From contig JASEGJ010000016.1 in NCBI GenBank assembly GCA_030018135.1, positions 1 through 24,156 on the forward strand: DNA of 24,156 nucleotides. Direction: 5' to 3'. Shown here one piece after another: positions 16,910-24,072 of the stretch (position 1 is the first letter of the stretch; each line of letters starts with the position of its first letter). This DNA is from Candidatus Hodarchaeaceae archaeon. GTDB lineage: Archaea; Hadarchaeota; Hadarchaeia; Hadarchaeales; Hadarchaeaceae. A program made the translations under genes and the position numbers. The notes under the pieces are model-generated. The model saw only the letters and a program-made list of their open reading frames with translations. It ran no database searches and was not told the DNA's origin.

Positions 16910-18133
16910 ATGGACCAACGAACGCTGATGCTCGTAGCCCTTCTGGCAATTCTGGGCAGTTCCGTCCTAGCCAGCGCCGAACTCGAGCGGGGGGGCTTCG
17001 TCTATGCCATAGAGGTCAGGGGCACCATAGATGCTGGTGTCGCGAACTTCATGGAAAAATCCATCGCCAAGGCCGAGCGCGATGGCGTCGCGCTGATAAT
17101 CAAGCTCAACACCCCGGGCGGCTTGGTCTCGGCCACGAAGGACATCGTGGACCGAATGCTAAACGCCAAAACAACGATCGTCGTCTGGGTCACGCCGGAT
17201 GGAGCTTGGGCCTACTCCGCTGGCGCTTACATCGCCCTCGCATCGAATGTCGCCGCGATGGACAACGGCACGGTGATAGGGGCTGCGCAGCCTCAGCCGG
17301 CGGACAATAAGACCGTGGAGGCGATGGTCGGATGGATTAGGGAGATCGCGGAGCACCGCGGGCGCCCGCCTGAAGTTGCCGAGGATTTTGTGTTAAAGAA
17401 TCGCACGATGGGACCCCTGGAAGCCTTGGACCACGGCATCATAAACTTGATCGCCAGTAGCGGTGGGGAGGTACTGAACTACCTCGGCTCACCTGGCGCT
17501 GAAATAAAAATGATTGAGATGGGACTATTCAGCAAGGCGCTTAGGATCTTGAGCGACCCTCAGGTGGTCCTCATCCTGTTCATCGCCGGGCTACTCGGGA
17601 TAATCGTAGAGGTCACGACGCCGGGCGTCGGCGTCCCGGGCATCGCGGGCGTGATATGCATGTTGCTAGCCCTGTGGGGCCTCGGCATTTTGGAGGTGAA
17701 CTACGCAGCGGTTGCCCTCATCGTCTTGGGTGCCGTGCTGCTTGCAGTTGAAATTTTTACGCCCGGCTTTGGGGCCTTCGGGGTCGGCGGGATAATCGCC
17801 CTGATCTTGGGCCTCGCCATGGTGGACAAGGAGCCTTGGGTGGAAATCGCGAGCGACATCGCGAAGGGCATGCTCCTTGGTCTAATTGCGATCTTCGCGG
17901 TCATCTTAGCGATCGTCAGGCGCTCCCTGAAAAAGCCGATCAGGGTCGGCAGGGAGGCGATGATAGGCGAGGTGGGGGTCGCGGAGACCGCGGTAGATCC
18001 GAAGGGATTGGTCAAGGTGAGGGGAGAGCTCTGGACCGCGACCTCGAAGGAACGCATCAGGAAAGGGGAGGAGGTCTTGGTCAAGGATGTGAAGGGTATA
18101 GAACTGGTCGTCGGGAGGCGCCCTAAAGCCTAG
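16910..18133 (+). CDS. nfeD: NfeD long form: membrane-bound ClpP-class serine protease (stomatin operon partner protein)
   Basis: Signal peptide, LNTPGG, AYSAGAYI (catalytic Ser context), IGAAQP, TM region and C-terminal OB fold GLVKVRGELWTA. ATG 16910 follows GGTGAGG. Confidence 0.92.
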   Translation: MDQRTLMLVALLAILGSSVLASAELERGGFVYAIEVRGTIDAGVANFMEKSIAKAERDGVALIIKLNTPGGLVSATKDIVDRMLNAKTTIVVWVTPDGAWAYSAGAYIALASNVAAMDNGTVIGAAQPQPADNKTVEAMVGWIREIAEHRGRPPEVAEDFVLKNRTMGPLEALDHGIINLIASSGGEVLNYLGSPGAEIKMIEMGLFSKALRILSDPQVVLILFIAGLLGIIVEVTTPGVGVPGIAGVICMLLALWGLGILEVNYAAVALIVLGAVLLAVEIFTPGFGAFGVGGIIALILGLAMVDKEPWVEIASDIAKGMLLGLIAIFAVILAIVRRSLKKPIRVGREAMIGEVGVAETAVDPKGLVKVRGELWTATSKERIRKGEEVLVKDVKGIELVVGRRPKA

Positions 18134-18134
18134 T

Positions 18135-18920
18135 TCACCCTTTTTCCTGCTTCCGAAGTGCCGTCGTCAGGCCCAAAACTTCTCCGAGGTGGGTCCCAAG
18201 TTGGGACGGGGTGACGACTATCAAGTTCTTTTCCCTGGCGATCTCCGTCAACGTCTGCAGCTCCCTCAGCCTGAGTGCCGCCGGGTTCTTCTGGTAGCGC
18301 TGCGCGGCCTCGGACATCTTGGTCGCCGCCTCGAGCTCGCCCGTCGCCATGATCACCCTCGACCTTCGCTCCCTTTCCGCCTCCGCCTGTTTGGCTATCG
18401 CGCGAAGCATGGTCTCCGGCAGGGAGATGTCCTTTATCGTGACCGCGCTCACCTTCACGCCCCACGGGTCAGTCGCTTCATCCAAGATCTTCTGAAGCCT
18501 CTTGTTGAGCTCCTCGCGCTTGGTCAACAGGTCATCCAGCTCGACCTGCCCCAGGACATCCCTGACCGTCGTCTGGGACAGCAAGCTCGTGGCGAGGATG
18601 TAATGCTCGACCTTCATGACCGCATCGCTGGGGTTGAAGACCCGCATGTAGACGACCGCATCGACATCGACGCTGACGTTGTCCTTTGTCACGACCCTCT
18701 GCTTCGGCACATCAAGTGTTATCGTCCGGAGGTCTATCTTCGACATCTTATCGAACCCTGGTATGATGAAGAAAATGCCCGGGCCCTTCACGCCGACGAA
18801 CCTGCCGAGCCTGAAAAGCACGCCGCGCTCGTACTCGCGAAGTATCTTTATCGCGAACGGCAGCAGGGCCAGCACGACCAGGACAACAAGCACGATTAAA
18901 CTGAGCAACCATTCCGGCAT
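18135..18920 (-). CDS. Stomatin/slipin (SPFH/band 7) protein
   Basis: EYERGVLFRLGR, TKDNVSVDVDAVVY, TDPWGVKV and QAEAERERR motifs. Confidence 0.95.
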   Translation of the reverse strand: MPEWLLSLIVLVVLVVLALLPFAIKILREYERGVLFRLGRFVGVKGPGIFFIIPGFDKMSKIDLRTITLDVPKQRVVTKDNVSVDVDAVVYMRVFNPSDAVMKVEHYILATSLLSQTTVRDVLGQVELDDLLTKREELNKRLQKILDEATDPWGVKVSAVTIKDISLPETMLRAIAKQAEAERERRSRVIMATGELEAATKMSEAAQRYQKNPAALRLRELQTLTEIAREKNLIVVTPSQLGTHLGEVLGLTTALRKQEKG

Positions 18921-18996
18921 GGTCCAGCCCAGCGTTACTCTGTTCGATGGTACTTAAAGATGTCGGGGTTTAATTCGGCGGGGCGAGTGGGCGCGC

Positions 18997-19170
18997 CGCA
19001 GTTGCCGTCGCACGGACGGGACCCGGCATTTTAACCCCTTCGGATGGCGTGCGGAGGCTTTGAGGTTTACTTCCCCCACGAAGATGGACGGGATCGTGGC
19101 TAAGCTTGTAGCTACCCCGAGCTTTTCGAGGCCGTTCACTTAGGCGCCTTCAGAGGGTGCCCCTACTGCG
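18997..19170 (+). ncRNA. Structured non-coding RNA, HgcC-like
   Basis: Closing stem CGCAGT/ACTGCG; hairpins CCGTC/GACGG, CGTG-GGAGG/CTTCC-CACG, GTGGCTA/TAGCTAC and GGCGCCTT/AGGGTGCC, with G-U pairs favouring the + strand. TTTAAT at 18969-18974 upstream. The core GGCATTTTAACCCCTTCGGATGGCGTGCGG...GAGGTTTACTTCCCCC resembles HgcC as I remember it; not verified. Confidence 0.65.
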
Positions 19171-19203
19171 CTCTATCGTTTCTGGAAAATCGAGGTGGAC
19201 CAA

Positions 19204-19374
19204 TTAAAGCTCCATCCCCTTCTCAATGATGATCTTCCCATCGGCCACCGAGACTTTCACGATCGTGCGGTCGCTCCAACCTAGCGCCTTGGCCTCTGGC
19301 GTCACAAAGACGACTAGGTTATCGTGCCAGCGGACGAGCTTTTTGGCGCGCTTGCTACGAATCCTCCGGCCGAT
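19204..19374 (-). CDS. AbrB/MazE/SpoVT-like small DNA-binding protein lacking a canonical start codon (possible pseudogene)
   Basis: Not in the ORF track. Frame reads IGRRIRSKRAKKLVRWHDNLVVFVTPEAKALGWSDRTIVKVSVADGKIIIEKGMEL*, a swapped-hairpin pattern. Only ATC/ATT occur between the upstream in-frame TAA and the domain. Confidence 0.55.
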   Translation of the reverse strand: MGRRIRSKRAKKLVRWHDNLVVFVTPEAKALGWSDRTIVKVSVADGKIIIEKGMEL

Positions 19375-19474
19375 TAAAATCCCAGAGCTAGCTTATGGCA
19401 ACACGTTAAGAGAGTTAGACGTGCTAAACGTGTTATTTATATGGCCGAGGTGAATCCGCATATTGGTGATGGGT

Positions 19475-19688
19475 ATGGACGAGGTGGCCCGGAAGTTCCG
19501 AAAGATTGAGGAGCTGCGTCGTCGAAGGCGGAGGGCGGCCCCGGGAGAGCGGGCCAGATGAAGGACGACCTCGCGGCCGTGAAGCGACAGATCGAGGCGC
19601 TGTCGGAGCACTTTGATAAAGCGTTCCACCTCGACCCGCCACGCTTGAGTTCTCAATCTTCGGAAAACCGTGAAAGGTATTGGTATAA
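19475..19688 (+). pseudogene. Small basic coiled-coil protein, apparently frameshifted at ~19556-19561
   Basis: TTTATA box at ~19436, GGTGA RBS, ATG 19475 giving MDEVARKFRKIEELRRRRRRAAPGERAR*. It overlaps through ATGA with MKDDLAAVKRQIEALSEHFDKAFHLDPPR, which then runs without a stop into the antisense tRNA. Confidence 0.4.
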
Positions 19689-19783
19689 AGCCCCGGGCGG
19701 GGATCGAACCCGCGACCTTCGCCTTACCAAGGCGACACTTTTGGTCCGCCCTGAGGGCGGTCTACCAGCTGAGCCACCGGGGC
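19689..19783 (-). tRNA. tRNA-Thr(GGT) with a 22-nt intron at non-canonical position 22/23 (intron at 19740-19761); CCA not encoded
   Basis: Acceptor stem GCCCCGG/CCGGGGC, discriminator T, anticodon arm TCGCC-TTGGTAA-GGCGA, T arm GCGGG-TTCGATC-CCCGC. BHB motif GC-TGGT-AG|A-CCGCCC-TCA-GGGCGG-ACCA-AA|A-GT. Confidence 0.93.
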
Positions 19784-19870
19784 ACATTTAAAAATCGCTC
19801 CCACGACCTAAAAGGTTTCCCGAGAATTCATTTTTTATTCTTCTCCGTTCGATATGAATCGGGGCCTAAG

Positions 19871-20659
19871 ATGAAAATAGGCTTTATAGGGTGCGGAAAC
19901 TTGGGGAGTTCCTTGATAAGGGGTCTCTTAGGGGCAAATTTGCTGAAAGGCAAAGAGATCGTCGCTAGCGACGCGGACGAAAACAGGCTAAAAGAACTGA
20001 GGGAACTCGGAGTAGAGGTCACAGGCGATAACAGAAAAGTGGCGAGGCTCTGCGACGTGATCTTCATAGCCGTAAAGCCCGATGTCGTCGGAGATGTCCT
20101 GGGTGAGATACGCGAATTTTCCGGCGGCAAGCTGCTGGTTTCGGTTGCGGCGGGGGTGTCGGCGAAATTCGTCGAGGGGAGGACCGATGCACGGGTGATA
20201 AGGGCCATGCCTAACATCTGCTGCCTGGTCGGCGAGATGGCCTCATGTTTTTCCCTAGGCACCAAGGCATCGAAAGAGGATAGGAAACTCATCGAAAAAC
20301 TGCTGGGCGGCTTGGGCGAAACAATGGAAGTAAAGGAGGAGATGATGGACGCGATCACCGGACTAAGCGGCAGTGGCCCAGCCTACTTTTACCTCGTCAT
20401 AAAAGCCCTGCAGGAAGCCGGCGTCGAGCTCGGCTTGCCCGAGGATGTCGCGCTGAGGCTCGCGGCCCAGACGGCGAAGGGCGCCGGGGAGATGGCACTG
20501 CGCTCGGGCAGGGGGCTCGATGAGCTGACGAGGATGGTCTGCTCCCCAAAGGGGACGACCGTGGAGGGGCTCAAGGTTCTGGAGGGGCGAAGGGCCTTCG
20601 AGGCATTTAAAGACGCCGTCAAGGCCGCCGCCAAAAGGTCAAAGGAGCTATCGAGGTGA
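19871..20659 (+). CDS. proC: Pyrroline-5-carboxylate reductase
   Basis: KIGFIGCGNLG Rossmann motif, AVKP, RAMPN, TGLSGSGPAY and VCSPKGTT. True start ATG 19871; the track ORF extends into the tRNA. Confidence 0.95.
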   Translation: MKIGFIGCGNLGSSLIRGLLGANLLKGKEIVASDADENRLKELRELGVEVTGDNRKVARLCDVIFIAVKPDVVGDVLGEIREFSGGKLLVSVAAGVSAKFVEGRTDARVIRAMPNICCLVGEMASCFSLGTKASKEDRKLIEKLLGGLGETMEVKEEMMDAITGLSGSGPAYFYLVIKALQEAGVELGLPEDVALRLAAQTAKGAGEMALRSGRGLDELTRMVCSPKGTTVEGLKVLEGRRAFEAFKDAVKAAAKRSKELSR

Positions 20660-21037
20660 TCACTGCTCGACTTTGGCCTGCTCGGCCTTGGCCTCCTCAA
20701 TCCGCTTCCTTATCTGAGGTGGTAGCTCCTTCGTCTTTTCGTACGCCGCCTTGAGCTCGGCGAGCGCTCTCTCCAGCACTGGCTGGGGGGGCGCGGCGAT
20801 CTTATGGCGCCTAGTACGGTCCTTGTCGTAGACTGCCTCCTCGAACCTTAACGTGTGGATGTCCCAAAGGTAGTCGCCCAAGAAGACTATGACGATGTAG
20901 ATCCTCTTCGTCTCGGGGTCCTCGAAGTGCTTCTCCGCGAGCAGCAAGGTGTAGGAGATGAACCAGTCGAACTCCTTCTCGAGCACCTCGAGGAACTTCG
21001 GCGCGTTCACGCTCTTGCCCAGCAGGTCGATCTCCAT
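20660..21037 (-). CDS. Hypothetical protein (125 aa)
   Basis: Fills the gap between proC and larB, G-rich RBS-like sequence upstream, protein-like composition, charged helical C-terminus. Confidence 0.7.
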   Translation of the reverse strand: MEIDLLGKSVNAPKFLEVLEKEFDWFISYTLLLAEKHFEDPETKRIYIVIVFLGDYLWDIHTLRFEEAVYDKDRTRRHKIAAPPQPVLERALAELKAAYEKTKELPPQIRKRIEEAKAEQAKVEQ

Positions 21038-21119
21038 CGCAACCCCCCCCTGAATTTCGCCACGTCATCATTTAAGGATATGTGCGAATTTGATATAGAG
21101 GGCTAATGCGGGAATCGGG

Positions 21120-21923
21120 ATGGCCAAAGAGCTCGAGCTGGGCGTCGAGGATGTGCTCAAAAAGCTGCTGGCGGGCGAACTCACCGTCGGGCAGGCCAAG
21201 CGTAAGCTGGCGGCGCTGAACATAAAGAGGATAGCCGACCTGGCGAGGCTCGACACGCGCCGAACTCACAGGGTAGGCATCCCCGAGGCCATCTTGGCGG
21301 AGGGCAAGAGCCCGAAAGCGTCGGCGGAGGCGGCGATCGCGATGGCGAGGGAGAGCGGCTACGCGCTGGTGACGCGAGTTAACGAAAAACACCTAAGGCC
21401 GCTCCGCGCCGCGCTGCCGAGGGGCTTCGAGATGGACCACAACAAGATGGCTAGGACGGTCGTGGTGAAGCGTAGGGGCCATGCCTTCCCAAAGGTCGGC
21501 CGGATAGGCGTGCTCGCGGCTGGCACGGCGGACATACCAGTCGCCGAGGAGGCCGCGGTCGCCGCAGGAGTTATGGGCTGCGAGGTGCTGAAGGCGTACG
21601 ATGTGGGCATAGCCGGCATCCATCGCCTGTTCGAGCCGCTCAAGCGGATGACCGATGAAGGCGTCGCCGCCATCGTGGTTGTCGCGGGCATGGAGGGTGC
21701 CCTGCCCTCGGTGGTCTCGAGCCTCGTGGACGTGCCGGTGATAGGCGTGCCGACCTCGATAGGCTACGGCGTTGGCGCCGAGGGCATCGGGGCGCTCGTG
21801 ACGATGCTCCAATCCTGCTCACCGAAGCTGGCGGTCGTCAACATCGACAATGGGTTCGGGGGAGGGATCTTCGCCGCCCTCGTGGCCAAGCGATCCGCTG
21901 GGCGAGACAAGTTAAGTGGTTGA
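21120..21923 (+). CDS. larB: Nickel-pincer cofactor biosynthesis protein LarB (PurE/AIR carboxylase-like)
   Basis: ARLDTRR..RVGIPEAILAEGK, AGTADIPVAEEA, DVGIAGIHRL, AGMEGALPS, VPTSIGYG and VVNIDNGFG. Confidence 0.92.
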   Translation: MAKELELGVEDVLKKLLAGELTVGQAKRKLAALNIKRIADLARLDTRRTHRVGIPEAILAEGKSPKASAEAAIAMARESGYALVTRVNEKHLRPLRAALPRGFEMDHNKMARTVVVKRRGHAFPKVGRIGVLAAGTADIPVAEEAAVAAGVMGCEVLKAYDVGIAGIHRLFEPLKRMTDEGVAAIVVVAGMEGALPSVVSSLVDVPVIGVPTSIGYGVGAEGIGALVTMLQSCSPKLAVVNIDNGFGGGIFAALVAKRSAGRDKLSG

Positions 21924-21924
21924 A

Positions 21925-22992
21925 ATGGAAACGCTCGCGTTGAAGGTCGACCCCAAGCGACCGGAGCTGGATAAGATCCGAATCGCGGCGGGGGTGCTGA
22001 GGAATGGCGGTCTGGTAGCGTTCCCCACCGAGACCGTCTATGGACTTGGGGCAAACGCGCTTGACGAGAAGGCCGTGCTGAGGATCTTCGAGGCGAAAAA
22101 TCGGCCGGCGGACAACCCGATAATAGTGCACGTCGTGAACAGGGACGATGTCTACGTGCTGGCGGAGCACGTGCCCGAGGTAGCAGAAAGGTTGATCGAT
22201 AAATTTTGGCCGGGCCCGCTGACGCTCCTCTTCCTCAAGTCCGAGGCGGTGCCGAACGCTGTCACGGCCGGCTTGGGCACGGTGGCGATTCGGATGCCTA
22301 GCCATGCCGTCGCGCGCGCCCTCATAGCCGAGGCGGGGGTGCCAGTGGCGGCGCCCAGCGCGAATCTCGCCGGCAGGCCCAGTCCGACCAGCGCGGAGCA
22401 CGTGCTGGATGATCTCTCCGGCAGGATAGAGGTCCTGATCGACGGGGGGGAGATAGGCTACGGCGTGGAGTCGACCGTGCTCGACCTGACGACGGAGCCG
22501 CCGACGGTGCTGAGGCCGGGCCCGGTCACGATTGAGGAGCTGAAGGAGGTCATCGGCGGGGTGGAGGTCCATCCCGCCGCGAGGGCGGAGGTGCCCGTGG
22601 AGGTCGCCATCGCCCGCTCGCCCGGCATGAAGTATCGCCACTACGCCCCGGTCGCCGAGGTGGTCGTGGTCGAGGGGCCGCTGGAGGGTGTCATCGCGAA
22701 AATTCAGGAACTTGTGGACGCGCGTAGGGAGCGCGGCGAAAGGGTCGGCGTCATGGCCACCGAGGAAACCGCGCTGAGGTATCGTGCTGACATCGTGAAG
22801 GTCGTCGGGAGCCGTCGAGACCCCAGGACGGTCGCCAAAAACCTGTTCAGGGTCCTGCGAGAGTTCGACGCAGAAGGCGTCGACTTCGCCGCCGCCGAGG
22901 GGCTTGAGCCAGTCGGCATCGGGCTGGCGGTGATGAACAGGCTCAGAAAGGCAGCTGGGCACAACATAGTCCGAGTCGAACAAGCGAACTAA
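21925..22992 (+). CDS. sua5: Threonylcarbamoyl-AMP synthase Sua5 (YrdC domain plus C-terminal SUA5 domain)
   Basis: AFPTETVYGLGA, KNRPADNP, PGPLT, AAPSANLAGRPSPT and SPGMKYRHYAP. Alternative start GTG 21916. Confidence 0.95.
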   Translation: METLALKVDPKRPELDKIRIAAGVLRNGGLVAFPTETVYGLGANALDEKAVLRIFEAKNRPADNPIIVHVVNRDDVYVLAEHVPEVAERLIDKFWPGPLTLLFLKSEAVPNAVTAGLGTVAIRMPSHAVARALIAEAGVPVAAPSANLAGRPSPTSAEHVLDDLSGRIEVLIDGGEIGYGVESTVLDLTTEPPTVLRPGPVTIEELKEVIGGVEVHPAARAEVPVEVAIARSPGMKYRHYAPVAEVVVVEGPLEGVIAKIQELVDARRERGERVGVMATEETALRYRADIVKVVGSRRDPRTVAKNLFRVLREFDAEGVDFAAAEGLEPVGIGLAVMNRLRKAAGHNIVRVEQAN

Positions 22993-23004
22993 AAACTGGG
23001 TTGC

Positions 23005-23478
23005 TTACTTCTTAAGCTCAACTTTAGGGGCCTCTGGTTTTCGATACGCTTCCCTGACGATGCTCAAAATCTCATCCAAGTGATTCGTAACGGTCAGACA
23101 ATCCCTTTTAGTCGGGAAATACCCGGAGGTGGGGAGCTTTCGCCTCTTCACAAAATTCATGTACTCGGTCAAGTACCTTTTGACATCCCTTGCTGGCGCG
23201 CCCTCCTTGGCTAGGGCGGCGCCGACCAGCAGGTGATAGGACTTCCTCGCCTCGTCAACTTTCCCCTTTTTCTCGCTGCCCTTCGCCTCCTTCAGTATCT
23301 CCCCCGGCGATTTTTTATCCTCTAGGGCGATCGGTGCCACGACGAACTTGGGCAGGGATTCGGCGTACGGCTTGCCCTTCAGCCTCGGCTCCAGCTTATC
23401 CATCAGCGTGCACAATGCGCACGTACAGGGTGCAGCCTTTGGTGCCTCCTTCTTTTTTCCCTTGAATGGCCACCTCAT
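23005..23478 (-). CDS. Hypothetical Lys-rich protein with a CxCxxC motif
   Basis: 157-aa ORF convergent with sua5; TTTAAA box at ~23507-23512, about 30 nt upstream of the start. Confidence 0.7.
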   Translation of the reverse strand: MRWPFKGKKKEAPKAAPCTCALCTLMDKLEPRLKGKPYAESLPKFVVAPIALEDKKSPGEILKEAKGSEKKGKVDEARKSYHLLVGAALAKEGAPARDVKRYLTEYMNFVKRRKLPTSGYFPTKRDCLTVTNHLDEILSIVREAYRKPEAPKVELKK

Positions 23479-23625
23479 TTCATCGGAAGTAAACTATGAG
23501 CCCGACTTTAAATCCATTTCCCCTATATACTGAGGGGCCGCGATGGGAAAACCTTCAAAGATCTTGGGTCATCGACGAGCTAGGCGGGCCTCGATGAGTG
23601 ACATTTTGAGCTCGCCAAGAGAAAC

Positions 23626-24072
23626 GTGCTGAGTGGCATTAAGCAGGCGGTTTATGAGCGGATAAGGCTCAACACAGAAACGCAGCATAGGTTCACGCCC
23701 CACCGGGAGCTATTCTCGCCTAGATCCAAGGATGCCACGCTGATCATCAGGGAGCTTCAGAGCGTCTACCAAGATCTCGTCAAGGAGGAGATGATGATTG
23801 CCACATGGAAGGGCAAGGATGAAATTGAGGTGGCTGGCAAGATGGTGAACTTCGCACAGTATGTGCAGATGCAGGGCGGGATTGTTATCTACACAGGGGA
23901 GTTGGAGCGTTATTTGAAAGAAAAGCTGGGTGGGAGAGTAAGTTTTCAGAAGGTGTTTGGAGAGTGGTATTCGGACCCAGAGAGGCACGGGGAGTTTACA
24001 AATTATTTGGCTACCCTATTGGGTATTTTGCATAAACCTCAGAGATTAGAAAAGATAGAGGCATATCGTTAA
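23626..24072 (+). CDS. Hypothetical protein in AT-richer DNA, possibly a 5'-truncated fragment
   Basis: 148-aa ORF with a GTG start and no evident RBS; the frame is open 8 more codons upstream (HFELAKRN) to a TGA. Confidence 0.5.
   Translation: MLSGIKQAVYERIRLNTETQHRFTPHRELFSPRSKDATLIIRELQSVYQDLVKEEMMIATWKGKDEIEVAGKMVNFAQYVQMQGGIVIYTGELERYLKEKLGGRVSFQKVFGEWYSDPERHGEFTNYLATLLGILHKPQRLEKIEAYR

Noticed and set aside
18960-19200. RNase P RNA, TnpB/IscB omega-RNA, or the 61-aa ORF 18954-19139
   Set aside because: No GAGGAAAGTCC-like P4 elements and no transposase or nuclease gene nearby; the ORF has no recognisable features and lies antisense to the structured RNA.
19200-19710. Integrated element with att sites at the tRNA-Thr 3' end
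   Set aside because: I found no duplicate of the tRNA 3' end beyond a 7-nt GGCGGGG match near 18977, and no integrase.
19670-19870. 67-aa N-terminal extension of ProC
   Set aside because: It is the antisense of tRNA-Thr; the Rossmann motif starts at ATG 19871.
21838-22983. 381-aa minus-strand ORF and other long antisense ORFs (e.g. 9787-10536, 18189-18899)
   Set aside because: Antisense shadows of well-supported GC-rich genes, with no motifs of their own.
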